Shown here piece after piece: positions 10,024 to 22,190 of a stretch of 64,000 bases of DNA. A program made the position numbers and the translations under genes. Location: NCBI GenBank assembly GCA_963849325.1, contig CAWKHF010000012.1, positions 1,120,001 through 1,184,000 of the forward strand. Direction: 5' to 3'. A model generated the notes under the pieces. It was not told the origin of the DNA and ran no database searches. It was given only the letters and a program-made list of their open reading frames with translations. Every line of letters begins with the position of its first letter. The stretch's first letter is position 1. This stretch comes from an uncultured Planctomycetota bacterium. Its GTDB lineage: Bacteria > Planctomycetota > Planctomycetia > Gemmatales > Gemmataceae.

Positions 10024-11527
10024 GAATGGCGTTCGGTTAAGCCGCATCTTCTTGTGGTGGTGACGTTTGATGCAACAATCTCTGCGCAGCGCGGCTCGTG
10101 GTTGGTTCATCAAGTCGTAGGGTTTGGCCCGACGTTTCTTCACCCGCGGTTCCACGCGACCGGGACGACACGGTACTACCTGCAGCCGCGGCAATTCTTC
10201 GCCATGCCGCGCTTCCCGCAACCAACGCCACGCATCCGCGAAGCTAATACGTTCTGGTTCCACCTCTTGCTGTCGCGCCGCCTCCACCATCACCCGACGC
10301 ACCAGATTATACACCAGCACGAAGACCAACAGTTCCTTCCACACACCTTGCCACGTCTCACAACGCAGCACGTCCATGCGCAAGGTCTGTTTCAGGTGAC
10401 GCAGATTGACTTCCACGCCCCAACGCTTCTCGTACAGCCGAGCCAACACCTCCGGCGGATAACGCCGTCGATCCAACAGCGTTGTCACCAGGGTCAACTC
10501 CCGCACCCGGCAAGTCGGCGTCCGGATCGGCACACGCACCTCACGGACCACCAGCGACGACGGCAAGGATTCATACTCCTGGCTGTCCATCCAGGCCGGA
10601 CACTCGGCTGGCTTAACGTACTCGACGAGTTGATCGTCGCGGCCCAGCCGACGCAGCCAGCGCGAGCGGGGCAAGCCCGCTTCTGCCTTGCGGGGCTGAC
10701 GGTTCGGCGCTACGTGCTTCCGCCGCGGCTTGAAGGAGATGATAAGACGCTGATGGGCACGAAAGAGGCTGAAAACGCCTCGTTGGTGTCGCATCGCCAG
10801 GTGAGCATAGGAGCAGAAAGCGCGATCGCCGGCCACCACGTCGCCAGCCCGCAGTCCGCGGTGGGTCCAGGTCAGGTCGGCCAGGTCGTGCGTCCGTAAC
10901 GGTCCCGGCATGACGTTGATCAGATAGCCGGTGTAGGCATGAAACTGCACCAGCAGGTGGGCCGTGGGGAAGCCGCAGCCTTGGGCCTGCTGGCCACTCT
11001 GACCGAAGGCGGCATGCAAGTCGGGCGTGTCCGGCATGGAGAAACTGGAACCATCGAGGAAAAAGACGCGATGACCATGCCACAAGGCGCGTGGGTCGTT
11101 GTCGCTGGAGCGGCAGCGGTCGAGGACGGCGACGCCCAGTCGTTGGAAGAAGGGCACGGGCAGGCGTTGTCGGGCCTCGCAGTAGGACGAGTCTGCGAAG
11201 GAAAGCTTGGCGAGGCGGCGGAGTTCGGAGACCGAGGTGTTCCCTTCGAGGATTTGGCGGATGAACAAGTGGGTGGTGACCAGGGGAGTCAGCCGACGCT
11301 GACGTCCGCCAGACGGAGGCGCTCGTGCGAGGGAATGGATGAGGGGGGCATCGATCCATTGGGCGGTAGCACCCTTGATGCGTTCGAGGGCTTGCGACAT
11401 ACTAAGCATGGCGGCCTCCTGAGATGATGAGGTCTGGACAACTCCATCATGGCAGGAGGCTGCCGCCTTTCCAAGATCGTCAGAAGTTCAAGCAGCGAAA
11501 GAGGCTACGCTTAACCGAACGCCATTC
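10024..11527 (-). mobile_element. IS4-family insertion sequence, 1504 bp
   Basis: Perfect 19-bp TIRs GAATGGCGTTCGGTTAAGC (10024-10042, 11509-11527) and 11-bp TSD GACATGGAGGA (10013-10023, 11528-11538). Confidence 0.95.
10037..11409 (-). CDS. IS4-family DDE transposase
   Basis: FLDGSSF, GDRAFCSY and LYEKRWGVEVNLRHLK (YREK signature). The true stop is probably TAA inside the TIR (QEDAA*) after an indel near 10085. Confidence 0.92.
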
Positions 11528-12378
11528 GACATGGAGGAGTTTACTTTCAAGCTCGATCCCACCAAGAAGCCGAAGACCTTCGACTTTCAACAACGGAGGA
11601 ATGCCAAGCAGTCCTTCCCCGGCATTTATCTGTTGAAGGGCGATGAGCTGAAAATCTGCTTCCGCTTTCGCCGTGGGTCTCAAGACGAAATGCTCGCACC
11701 CGAAAAGCCGGAACGCCCCACGGCATTCGCCGACTACTGGAAAACCGGATCGTATACCGCGCTGCTCATCCTGAAGCGACAGCGGAAACCAGACGCCAAG
11801 AAGGACGAGAAACCCAGGCCGGACAAGGAACGACTTCAGGGGACGTGGAAGGTCGTCTCAACCGTGGACGATGGCGAAGAGGCCAAGGAGGAAGACGAAT
11901 GCTGGACGATCAAAGACAAGACGATCCGGGTCCAGTCCAAAAGTCGGAGGGGCGAGGAAACCACCAATTTTCTTCGCTTCCGGCTTGAGGAGACAACCAA
12001 CCCGAGGTTGATGGACGTGGTGGAAGGAGAGGCCAATGACTTGTTCGATACGGCGGAGTGGGACAAACGTTTTGAAGATGCCGACCAGCGCCTGGAGGGA
12101 ATCTATTCTCTCGCTGGGGATACCCTGACCATCTGCCTGAGTCGGAACAAGGGCGACCGACCGACAACCTTCGAGAGCAAGCAGGGATCGGACTACATCT
12201 TGGTCGTTCTTAAAAGGGAGGAGTGAGGATGAGCCGAAGAAGGACAGCAAGAGCGACAAGCCTTGAGGTCCGCTGCGATATTATTTCGCAATAAATGTGG
12301 CTCCGGCTCGAACAATCATCCAGTGAGCGAACGTCGTTTCAGCGTTTCGCTCGGTCGAAGGATGAGAGGAACGAGCCG

Positions 12379-13288
12379 ATGACTTCCGCTGTCGCCGTAT
12401 CGAAGGGACCGCCGTGCGGGAGCGTGACCCACCGTGTTCTCGCCCTCGTCGAGGTGCTTGTTGTTTTCGCACTCGTCCACCTGAGCTATCGGTCGTTCAA
12501 GCATTTCACGGAACTGGGCCGATGGGAAGTCACCGCCCGATTGAATTTCTCGACCGGCTCGGTGATGATTCTATTTCCCGTTATCGTGCTGGTCCTTGGC
12601 CGAAGGTCTTTCCGGGAGTACGGACTGACGGAGCAGGGATGGCGTTACAACCTCAATGTCGGTCTCTTTTGGGGAATTTTAGTAATTGCAGTAGCGGGGT
12701 TGATCGTCAAGTTCACACCCATCCAATTCAACCCGCTTACCCCGCCGGATTGGAAGAGGGCGTTGGCGGCTTCGGCCGGTACGCTCGTCTTGACGCTTCT
12801 CCTTCTTATCTTTCTTGCGCAAGAGGGTGCTGCTCGCTCTCATTCCCCCGTGGGTCAGTCTACTTATACTCCAGGGGCTGCTCTCGCTCCCCGTGATGAT
12901 GGCGTTATGGTTTCACCGGCCCCTGCTGCATGAACTGCTGACGATGCTCTGGTTATTCTTTGGCGCCGGCTGGGGAGAAGAAGTGTTTTTTCGAGGTTAC
13001 ATCCAATCGCGCGTGAATGAGGCGTTTGGGCGTCCCTTTGCCTTCATGGGTATGAAGTGGGGGGCCGGTTTGGTGGTCTCGTCCCTCCTGTTCGGTCTCA
13101 TCCACGCTCTAAATACGGTCGATTACTTTACGGGCCGCTTCGATTTTGCCTGGTGGTGGTTGGTATCGAATTTCTTCGCCGGACTGTTCTTCGGTTGTCT
13201 CCGTGAGCGAACGGGGAGTATTCTGCCTGGCGCTATCGTTCATGGACTCGATGATGTGTTAGCGCGAATTCCCGCCCTCCTTCCGTAA
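12379..13288 (+). CDS. CPBP/CAAX (Abi) intramembrane metalloprotease (frameshift near 12820)
   Basis: GEEVFFRGYIQ, FGLIH and AIVHGLDD motifs, multiple TM helices. Confidence 0.88.
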
Positions 13289-13307
13289 GAGCCCCTCACC
13301 CCCTGGT

Positions 13308-13359
13308 GAGCCGCGACCGTCAGGGAGCGGTTGTTCCCGCTCCCTGACGGTCGCGGCTC
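13308..13359. repeat. REP-like palindrome GAGCCGCGACCGTCAGGGAGCGG-N6-inverse
   Basis: Perfect 23-bp arms between convergent genes. A second copy lies at 25916-25973. Confidence 0.85.
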
Positions 13360-13379
13360 TCCAACAGGCCGCAACATAC

Positions 13380-13841
13380 TCATCTGCGGACGGCTTCCAT
13401 GACCTCGTTGGCACGGTTATCGGTGCGGCCTGTCGATTCGGACACTCCGCGAAAATCGCCCCGGAGTGCCTTGAGGGCATATCGTTCTTCCTCGATCTCC
13501 GTTGCGGTTCGGATACCCAACCGACGCAGGACCGGCACCGGAGGACACCAGCCTTGCAGGGCGTGCTGCAGGAAGAACGCTTGGACGAGAAGCGGCACGG
13601 CGAACCACTTCCGGCTGACCGTTAGCCCTAGCGTCAACCCAATCAGGGTAAACGTCGGGGCCATCGTCTCCAAATACCGCTCGATGTCCCACTCGTTGTC
13701 CAGCTCCGCCAGGCGGCGGTCGATGGCTTGCGGCCCCGCCGAAGCGACGCCGGCGACATTCGCCTCCGTCTGACGGCGGATTTGCTCGTTGATCGTGTCG
13801 GAAGTGTTCCGCGACACCCGTTCAACCGTAGCGGGAAGCAT
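13380..13841 (-). CDS. DUF2892-like membrane protein
   Basis: EWDIERYLE and FFLQHALQGWCPPVPVLRRLGIRT motifs. AGGAGG RBS before ATG at 13841. Confidence 0.8.
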   Translation of the reverse strand: MLPATVERVSRNTSDTINEQIRRQTEANVAGVASAGPQAIDRRLAELDNEWDIERYLETMAPTFTLIGLTLGLTVSRKWFAVPLLVQAFFLQHALQGWCPPVPVLRRLGIRTATEIEEERYALKALRGDFRGVSESTGRTDNRANEVMEAVRR

Positions 13842-13939
13842 GGCATTCCTCCTTTTCTTGGTCGTAATCCTCCCTTCTAACTCGCAAAGGTCATGCCGGA
13901 GGCGAGAGGCGTGCGCCCATTCACGAACGTTAGCGCGTT

Positions 13940-16900
13940 TTAGTGCTTCGTTCCCTTCATCAGCGTCTCGGCTTCGCGGTGCAGAACCTGATAGGCGATG
14001 CGCTCGGTCCAGGATCGGTTCACTTCTTTCGCTTCCTCGCGGGCGACCTGGTCCGCTTTCGCCAACCATTTCTTGGCCTCCTCGCCGCGCCCCAACCGCT
14101 GCGTAGTCATGGCCATGAGCAGCCAGTCCCGTGCTTGCGGTTCCAGGCTGGGCAAGCGCGTGATTTCTTGCAGTCGCGTCCAGGCGGCGTCGTACTGCCC
14201 GGCACGATAGAGGAGGGCGGCAATCCGGCGCAGGTCCGCGGCCGATGGGGAATTCGCCTTTACCGCTCGCTCGGCGCGACGTAGCAGCGGCTTGAGGTCG
14301 CGCACGGCACCGTCAGCGAGTGTACACGTCCGGGCGACGATTCGCGCCGTCGCCTCGTCGTCGCTGCGGCCGAAGTGCTGCACAAGACGGCTGCACCCGT
14401 GACGATAATTCGCTTCGTCGCCCCCGGCCAGCAGCGCCAGGGTGTGTTCCTGCCAGACCGACACGTCCGCATTACCGAGATGGATCGACTTGCCGAGATC
14501 GGCGGCGGCCCGCGTCCAGTCGCCGCGCTCCGCCTCGACGCGGCCGCGCGCCGCCCACAAGTCGGCCCGATCGCCCTTGTGTTCGATGGCCCGAGAATAA
14601 TCGGCGATGGCCTGCTCCCAGCGGCGCAGCGCAACCTCGACCTCGGCGCGACCGGCCCACAGATCCCAGCGTTCCGCTTCGCCCTCTAGCGCCTTGCTGT
14701 AATCCGTTCGCGCCGCATCCCAGCGATGCAGTTCCGCGTTGGCGCGAGCGCGGCGGGCGTAGAGGTCGGCCGAGCCGCCGCCGGCGATCAGACGATCGAG
14801 ATGCCCCACGGACCCGACCCACAGTCGGCGGTGTTCGCATTCCACCGCTCCGCGGCGGTGCCAGTCCGACACGCGCTCCGCGGCCGGGGTGAAGTCCTTA
14901 ACGTATTTCTTCCGCGCCTCCTGCCACGCCTTGTCCAGCTCCGCGCCGTCCAGCGACTTCGTCTCACCGGCATTCGTCGGCCGCCGGCCACTCAGCACTT
15001 CCGCCACGAGGAGCAGATCGACAACGGCCCGATCCTCGGCCGCAGCGGACGTATCCAGCGGCCCGCCGGATCGCCAGGCGTGCCGACGCTCAGGACCAGC
15101 CGCCCATCCCTGCCGAGGGTGACGTCGTGAATCGTCGGCTGTTCCGCGCTGTGCTTCAGCAGGGGACTGACCGGCTCGCCCGTCACTGCGTCCCAGACGC
15201 GCAGGCCGTCGGCGGCGACCGTGACCAGCCAGCGGCCGTCCGCGCTGAAGGCGGCGATGGAGACGGCGGCATGGTGGCGAAGCGGCGGCGTTACCGGCTT
15301 ACCTGTGCCGGCGTCCCACACCCGCGCCAAGCGGTCGCCGCTCACCGTCACGATTCGCTTGCCGTCCGGGGTGAACGCGGCATACCGAACCGGGGTGCCG
15401 TGCCCGATCGTCTCGGAGATCATACGCCCTGTATCTGACTCCCAGACGCGAGCCGTGCCGTCCTCGCTGGCGCTCACGAGGCGGCGGCCATCGGAGCTGA
15501 ACGCCAGGTGGTTGACTGCTTGGTGATGGCCCCAGGTCTCGCCGACCGCCTCGGCCCTGGCCGCGTTCCACAACCGCATCCCGCCTTCGACATCCACCGT
15601 CAGAATCCGGCTGCCGTCCGGGATGAAGAGCGCTCGAACCGAGATCCTCCTTGTGCTCCATCGGCTGTCCGATTCGAGCGCTTTTATCCATATCCCACAG
15701 CCGCGCCTTGCGATCCTGGCAAGCGGTCAGCACACGGCCGCCGTCGGCGCTGAGTTTGGCCTGCAGGACGGAGCGCGGGTGGACCAACGGTTCGCCGACG
15801 GGCTTGCCGGTCTCCGTCTCCCAGACGTACACGTGCCCTTCCAACTCGTCGCCATTGGCCTGATGCTGGACCGTCAGCACGCGGCGTCCGTCCGCGCTGA
15901 ACGCCGCGGCCGTGACCTTGTTCTTGTGCGGCAAGGCGGCCCCGATGGCCCGATCCTTCTCCGTGTCGTAAACCTGGGCCGTTGTGTCCATCACTCGCAG
16001 CACGCGGCGGCCGTTGGGACTGAACACCGTCAGCCCCGTCGGCGTGCGTGCTACCGGCGGTGGCGGCGGCTCGCCGGCCGTGAGATCCCATATACGCACC
16101 ACCCGTCCCGACAGCGTGAGCACACCGTCTCCCGCCGGGGTGAAGGCCGCATACAGGATCGATCCGCCGTGCTGGAGCGCGGGCAGCACTTCCTCTCCGC
16201 TGAGGCAATCCCACACCCGCGCGGCACCGTCGGCGCAGGTCGTCAGGACGTAGCGGTCATCGGGACTGAAGACGGCTCGATCCACCGTATCGGGGTGCCG
16301 CAACGGCTGGCCCACTCCCTCGCCGTTGCTCGTGTCCCAGATGCGCACGCCGCGATCCTCGCTAGCCGTCAGCGCGTAATGACCGGAGCGACTGAACACG
16401 GCCCGGCGCACGGCGGAGCCATGCTTGAGCGGCGGCGTCAGTGGCTCGCCCGTGCTCACCCGCCAGACTCGCGCCGTGCCGTCCGTGCTCGCCGTCAGCA
16501 CGCGCCGGCCATCGGGGCTGAACGACGCCTGCGTCACCGCCGCCGTGTGCGCGAACGCGGCACCCGCCTGTTTCTCGGTGGCGATGTCCCAGACGCGAGC
16601 GCAACGATCCTGGCAGATCGTCAAGACTTGTTTGCCGTCGGGGCTGAACGCGGCCGGAAGGGGGCTGATCTCGCTGCCCAGCGCCTCCTCGCCGACCGCC
16701 TCGCCGGTCGCGGCGTCCCAGATGTGCAGCTCCGCCTCGGTCGGGTTCATCGCCGACTTGGCGGCGACGGTGAGGAAGCGCCGGCCATCGGGACGGAACG
16801 AGAGGCCAAAAACCGGCCCCATGAGCTGCAGTTCGGGAAATACCTCGCTGCCCGTGCCGAGATCCCACACGTGTACCGTCATGTCCGTGGCAGCCGTGAG

Positions 16901-17875
16901 CACGCGCTGGCCATCCGGGCTGAACGACGCCAACGAGACCGCCGCCCCGTGCTGCAACGGCTCGCCGATGCGCCGCCCCGTGACCGCGTCCCATACGACG
17001 GCCGCGCCGTCCGCCCCGGCCGTGAGCACGCGCCGGCCGTCGGGGCTGAGCCGCACCACGTTCACCTTCTTTTCGTGTAGCCACACCTGCACCGGACGCG
17101 GACACAGGGCCAGGACCGAGGCCAGGCGCAGACGATGCGTCTCTTCCGGCAGCTTCTCCCCGTGGGCCAGCCGCAGCGCCTCGGCGAACCACAACAGCGA
17201 CGCGGACAGGTCGCCGCCGTCCATCCGGCGCGTGCCAAGCGCGACGTGCATCCGAACGAGCTGCCGAGCCGCCTTCTCGCGGCGACTCACCGCTTCCTGC
17301 CGCACTTGCTCCGCGATCCGGGCGAGATCCTCGGCCAGCTTCCGGTCATGGGCCTGCTCATCGCGTTGCCGCACGGCTTCCTTGCTCCGCCTCTTCTCTT
17401 GACTCAACTCGGCCTTGATCTCGTCGTGTTTTTCCTTCCATTTCGCCACGTCCATTTCCGCTTGCCGCATGCGCCGCAGCGTCGCCGACCCGGCATCGGC
17501 CTCCTGCCCGCGCGGGCGCCGCGTCTCCTGCTCGCGCTGGGCGAGAAGATGCGCCTGCTCGGCGGCATCGCGGGCCGAACGAGACGCCCGCCACCAGCCG
17601 TTCGCCATCAGGATCAGCCCGAGGCCGAGTAGTCCGCAGATGACGACCATTGGAGAGATGCGCCGCCGTCCCGACGGCGCGTCGGCTCCGTCCGGCGGGG
17701 ATGGCGCCAACGCGCGGTCGGCGAAATGCACCGCGTCGCCGGGCAGGGACGGCGCTCGTCCACGGGCCGGCTCGCCGCAGATGGGGCAGCGCGATGTCGT
17801 CTCCGCCGCGGGGCCGCTCGTGAAGATCGTGGGATCCCAGGCATGACCGTGCAAGCAGATGACCTTCTGCGACAT
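13940..17875 (-). CDS. Membrane-anchored WD40-repeat and TPR protein (frameshifts near 15620 and 15020)
   Basis: N-terminal CxxGH...CPICG, a TM helix, a coiled coil, many FSPDGRRVLTAS..DGTARVWD repeats and C-terminal TPRs across three ORFs. Confidence 0.88.
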
Positions 17876-17916
17876 GGGAGCACTCCTGGAAACGCGGAGC
17901 GGCGAATGGTAGGGCG

Positions 17917-17944
17917 ATTATCGCACAGCAAGCGGAGGTGTCAA
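17917..17944 (-). promoter_or_regulatory. Putative sigma70 promoter of the WD40/TPR gene
   Basis: TTGACA-N16-GATAAT with TG extension on the minus strand, about 40 nt upstream of the ATG. Confidence 0.55.
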
Positions 17945-18053
17945 GCTGCCGCCCGACGTCCGTGCGTGCCGGGGGTGCAGTAAGAGGCACGAACCCAATG
18001 CGATTTGGGTTCGTGGCCCTTGAAAGGACAGGTCCGAATGCACGGCGAAATCA

Positions 18054-19779
18054 TCAATCCGCAATCCTATCTCCCTCTCCCCGCCGCAGCACCGCCTCCC
18101 GATCCGCCGCGACGCCCGCGAAACGCTCGCGGACACCGTCGGGCCAACGCACCTCCAACGACTCCGCCTGGCCGACCTCGCCCAGCCCAAAGTGAGCGCG
18201 GGAATCGTTGCTGCACAGGTAGCTGGAGGCGGGATTGATCCAGCCCAGCCAGGTGCGTCCGGCCGCCACGATGCGGATCTCGGCGCCGTAGGCAGGCCGT
18301 CCTCCGTGCGCCGGGTCGAATGCCTGGACCAACAGCCAGTGACCACGGTGCGGGGCGACGTTGCGGAACAGTCGAACTCGGCCGCCGACGCTCGTCGCCA
18401 GAAGATCCAGCGCGCCATCGCCGTCGATGTCGCCGCAGGCCAGGCCGCGCCACACGCCCGGCTTGCCGCAGAACGCCGGCTCAAGGGCCGAGCGATCCAC
18501 GAACTTCCCCATGCCGTCATTGGCGAATAACTGATTGCGCTGCTCGTAGGGGGTCCAGAAGGAACGCTCGTCCCGCGCTTTCGCCGGAGGTCGCGCAATG
18601 TCTCCATTCACCACCGCCACATCGAGAGAGCCGTCCAGGTTGAAATCGGCCAGCACCGTCCCGAAACCCGTGCCCCTCCAGACGGGCCGGATCAAGCCGC
18701 TGGCCGCCGTGCGGTCTTCAAATTCCCCGCGCTTCACTTGCTTCCACAGGGTATTGCTCTCGATCGTCAAGTGCGTGATGAAGAGGTCGAAAAGGCCATC
18801 GCCATCCACGTCCCCGATCGCCACGCCCATGTTGGCCTCCGCCTGTCCCATGACGTTGTAAGCCACGCCACGCAGGACCGCTTCTTCCTGGAACGTCCCC
18901 TGCCGCTGGTTGATCCAAAGATGGTTGGGCTTGCCGTCGTTGGCTATCAGAATGTCGGGCCAACCGTCGCCGTCGAAGTCCGCGCACAGGACTCCCAAGC
19001 CCGGTCCCGCGACCCGGCCCAACCCCGACGAGCGCGTCACGTCCTCGAAGCGCACCTTGGCCTTCTTCCCTCTGCTTCCGCCGAGGTTGCGGTAGAGCTT
19101 CGTGACGGTCCCCGGGAACGTACGCGGGTGACAGAAATCCTGTCCTCCCACCATCTCACAGACGACGGACGGATCGTAGCGCAGGTAGTTGACCACGACG
19201 AGGTCGAGCCAGCCGTCCCGGTCATAATCGACGAACGCCGCCGAGGTGGCCCAGAACGGGTGCTCCAGGCCGGCCTCGGTCGTGGTATCGCGGAACGTGC
19301 CGTCGCCCTGGTTGACGAACAGTTGGACCCCGCCATACTGGGTGAGGCAAACGTCCGGCCGTCCATCGTTGTTGACGTTGCCGATGGCGACGCCGGTGTT
19401 GTAACCCGCCACGTCCAGCCCCGACCCTTTGCTGACGTCGGTGAAGGTACCGTCGGCATTTTGCCGGTACAGCCGGTTTGTGGAAGTCGAGCCGGGCCGC
19501 GCCGTGCAGCAGGTAGACGTCCAGCCGGCCGTCCTGGTTGAAATCGAACAGGGCGGCGCCGGTCCCCATGATCTGGGGCATGAAGTACGTTCCCGTGGGA
19601 CCCGGATCCTGCACGAAGTCGATCCCGACCGCCTCGGTCACGTCTTCAAACCAGGGCGGCGAATCGGGAGCGGAAGGGGAGAGGCGGAGGCGCTGCCAGC
19701 CCCAAACGCTCGCTCCGAGGAGCAAGGAGGCGAGGACCACCACCGCGAACCAGCGCCGGAGCGTCATACGAGAGGCCAT
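18054..19779 (-). CDS. CRTAC1-family protein (FG-GAP repeats and ASPIC/UnbV domain; frameshift near 19490)
   Basis: DxDxDGxxD repeats, FEDVTEAVGI, and C-terminal SYLCSNDSRAHFGLG...VRWPDG. Confidence 0.9.
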
Positions 19780-19825
19780 GATCGAGTGGCGAGCGGGGAG
19801 TTTCCACCCTGCGCTCGTTTGAAGG

Positions 19826-21820
19826 TTAGTGGCTCTTGTTTCCCCTTGATGGCGCGGCCTCATAATAGCGGATCGCGGCTTGAAGCCGTCGCACCAGAAG
19901 GGGGTCGCCGTCGCGGACCAGGGCTAAAGCCTGGCGGGTTGCGGCGGCCGCCTCGGGCATGCGATCGTTGGCGGCGTAGGCGAGGGCCAGAGTGGCCTTC
20001 ACTTCCGGCCGGCGGTCGCCGGCCGCGTCGGCTTGACGGGCACGCCACAGGGCTAACCGTGGACAAGGACTCCAAGGAGGATCCCCGGAAAGCACGGTAT
20101 GGGCCAGGTGAAGGGCCTTTGCCGGCCACTCGGGATCGCGTCGCAGCCCTTCGGCGTAGACCGCGGCCGCAGCCGCATGCTCGTTCTCTTCGTCCAGCGT
20201 CGCCGCCAGATTGTAATAAGGCTCCGCATTCTCGACGCCCAGCCGGATCGCCTCCTGGAAACAACCGCGGGCCTCCTCCCGGCGGTCGGTCAGCACCAGG
20301 GCCAGGCCCAGACTGTCGTGATAATGGCCGATCCAGGGGGCGTTGGCAACCGCCCGTCGAAATAAATCCACGGCTTCCTCGTCCTGCCCTTGCATCAGGC
20401 GTATCAACCCCAGGTTGTGCAAAGCCAGAGCATTATCCGGCGCTATCCGCGTCGCCCGCTCTAAATGCCTGGTTCCCTCCGCCGTCCGGCCCTGGTTGAA
20501 AAGGTAAGTCCCCAGGGACTGGTGGGCCACCGCGTTGTTGTCCGTCACCTGAAGGGCATGGCGCCAGACCGTTTCCTCATCTTGCCAGAAGGAGAGTTGG
20601 GACCGCGTGAGCAGAGCGCAGAAGAGCAGCACGATGGCCGACCCGCTTGCCAGAGCGATTCGGCCTCCGGCGCGATCCGCCAGGGTCGTCGGGATCGACC
20701 AGGCCAGGGCCAGGAAGATGCCGAGGAGAGGGAAATAAGTGTAGCGATCCGCCATCGACTGCTCGCCGACCTGAACCAGGCCAATCACGGGCACCAACGT
20801 TCCCAGATACCAGGACCAACCCACGAGGAGGGCGGGCCGGCGACGGCGCTGCCACACCGCCAGGACCGTCAGGGCCGTCAGCACGAACGCGGAGCCAAGG
20901 ACGGCCGTCACGGAGATTTGCGAACCGGGATGGGGATAAAGAATGGCCAGGTCGGTCGGCCAGACCATCTTTCGCAGGTAGCCGGTGTAGGCCAGCACGG
21001 CATTCGCCACGCGAACGGCCAGGGGAACCTTGTCCAACGAGACGACGGCGCCGTTCAACTGGGCGTAAAGAGTGACCATGCAGGAACCGGCCGCGATCGC
21101 CAGCAACGGCACTTTCTCCAGGAGCAGGCGAGAGAGAGGGACGGCAGGCGTTCCCTCCTCCGTTGTTTCGCTGCCTGGGCCGGCACGTTGGCCCAGTGTG
21201 GCGGCATGGGTCGGGAAGCGCCGCAAGGGCCAATAATCCAGCAGCAGCAGCAGGAAAGGCAGCGTGACCAGCATGGGCTTGGCCAGCAGACTGAGTGCGA
21301 AGACGCCCAACAGCAGCGTATAGCGAAGGAACGAAGGCCGTCGAACGTAACGCCGATACGCCTCCAGGGCCAGGAGTCCGAAACAGGTGCTGAGCAAGTC
21401 CTTTCGCTCCGCGACCCAGGCCACGGATTCCACGTGCAGAGGATGCAGAGCAAACAGAGCGGCCACCAGGGCCGGACGCCAGATGGCTCGGGTCATTCCG
21501 TGCAGCACCAGGAAAACGAGCAGCGTGTTGACGGCGTGCAAGCCGACGTTGACCAGATGAGGGCCGAACGGGCGAGGTCCGAAGAGCTGACAATCCAGCA
21601 TGTGCGACAGCCAGGTCAACGGGTGCCAGTTGGAGGCGTGAAAGGTGGTCCAGGCCCAGCGCCAACCGGCGTGGGATAGCCCCTGCTGGACCATGGGGTT
21701 GCCGGTGACGTAGGCCCGGTCATCGTAATCCAGAAACAGGTGCGCGGAAGCCGGAGCGTAGATGCAGAACACAGCGGCCGACAGAAGAAGGCCCAAAAGC
21801 AAGAGCAGCCGGGTTTGCAT
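19826..21820 (-). CDS. TMTC-like GT-C glycosyltransferase with C-terminal TPRs
   Basis: YDDRAYV, NWHPLTWLSH, HPLHVESVAWVAERKD and MADRYTY motifs, many TM helices, TPR tail. Confidence 0.88.
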   Translation of the reverse strand: MQTRLLLLLGLLLSAAVFCIYAPASAHLFLDYDDRAYVTGNPMVQQGLSHAGWRWAWTTFHASNWHPLTWLSHMLDCQLFGPRPFGPHLVNVGLHAVNTLLVFLVLHGMTRAIWRPALVAALFALHPLHVESVAWVAERKDLLSTCFGLLALEAYRRYVRRPSFLRYTLLLGVFALSLLAKPMLVTLPFLLLLLDYWPLRRFPTHAATLGQRAGPGSETTEEGTPAVPLSRLLLEKVPLLAIAAGSCMVTLYAQLNGAVVSLDKVPLAVRVANAVLAYTGYLRKMVWPTDLAILYPHPGSQISVTAVLGSAFVLTALTVLAVWQRRRRPALLVGWSWYLGTLVPVIGLVQVGEQSMADRYTYFPLLGIFLALAWSIPTTLADRAGGRIALASGSAIVLLFCALLTRSQLSFWQDEETVWRHALQVTDNNAVAHQSLGTYLFNQGRTAEGTRHLERATRIAPDNALALHNLGLIRLMQGQDEEAVDLFRRAVANAPWIGHYHDSLGLALVLTDRREEARGCFQEAIRLGVENAEPYYNLAATLDEENEHAAAAAVYAEGLRRDPEWPAKALHLAHTVLSGDPPWSPCPRLALWRARQADAAGDRRPEVKATLALAYAANDRMPEAAAATRQALALVRDGDPLLVRRLQAAIRYYEAAPSRGNKSH

Positions 21821-22111
21821 GGCCCGTCCTTCGTCGGTCCCTGGTGGATTAGGCCGAGGATTTTTCCTCCTCGCGGGACGTGTTCGTTATGATCCCTTTC
21901 GGTGGCGCGGCTGTCAAGTAATGTGAGAGCCGGAGGAGACGCCTACTCATACTTTTCGGGAGGTCTGGAGGAGGGGTCTTGGGGAGAGGAAGCTCTGAAA
22001 TCGCCTCCTCTGTCGCGGAGACACGCCCGTCTGGGAATGCGTCGTTTTCCCGCGAACGGACTGCTACCCTTCACCTCCGCGTAGGGCACGAATTTTTTTT
22101 CGAGATTATTC

Positions 22112-22140
22112 TTGACGAGCGGCGTCCGTGAGCGTAGGGT
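22112..22140 (+). promoter_or_regulatory. Putative promoter of DUF1559 copy 1
   Basis: TTGACG-N17-TAGGGT. An equivalent element sits upstream of copy 2. Confidence 0.45.
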
Positions 22141-22190
22141 CTGAGGAAGACTCGCTTTCTCACTTTTTTTTCACTCGGGAGGAGTGCCTT

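Larger units (their letters stand above)
8912..12226 (+). pseudogene. ECF sigma-70 factor with TM segment and two planctomycete TIGR03067-type C-terminal domains, interrupted by IS4
   Basis: TDGQLLECF, RHGPMVWGVCRR, DAEDAFQATFLVL and GTVASRLARAR motifs. C-terminal IQGTW/LQGTWKVVS...GIYSLAGDTLTIC repeats. Removing the IS and one TSD restores the frame ANFMDMEEFTFKLDPTKKPK. Confidence 0.88.

Noticed and set aside
9808-10036. Transposase C-terminal extension beyond the IS end
   Set aside because: An alternative frame ends with TAA inside the TIR, so the read-through is probably due to an indel near 10085.
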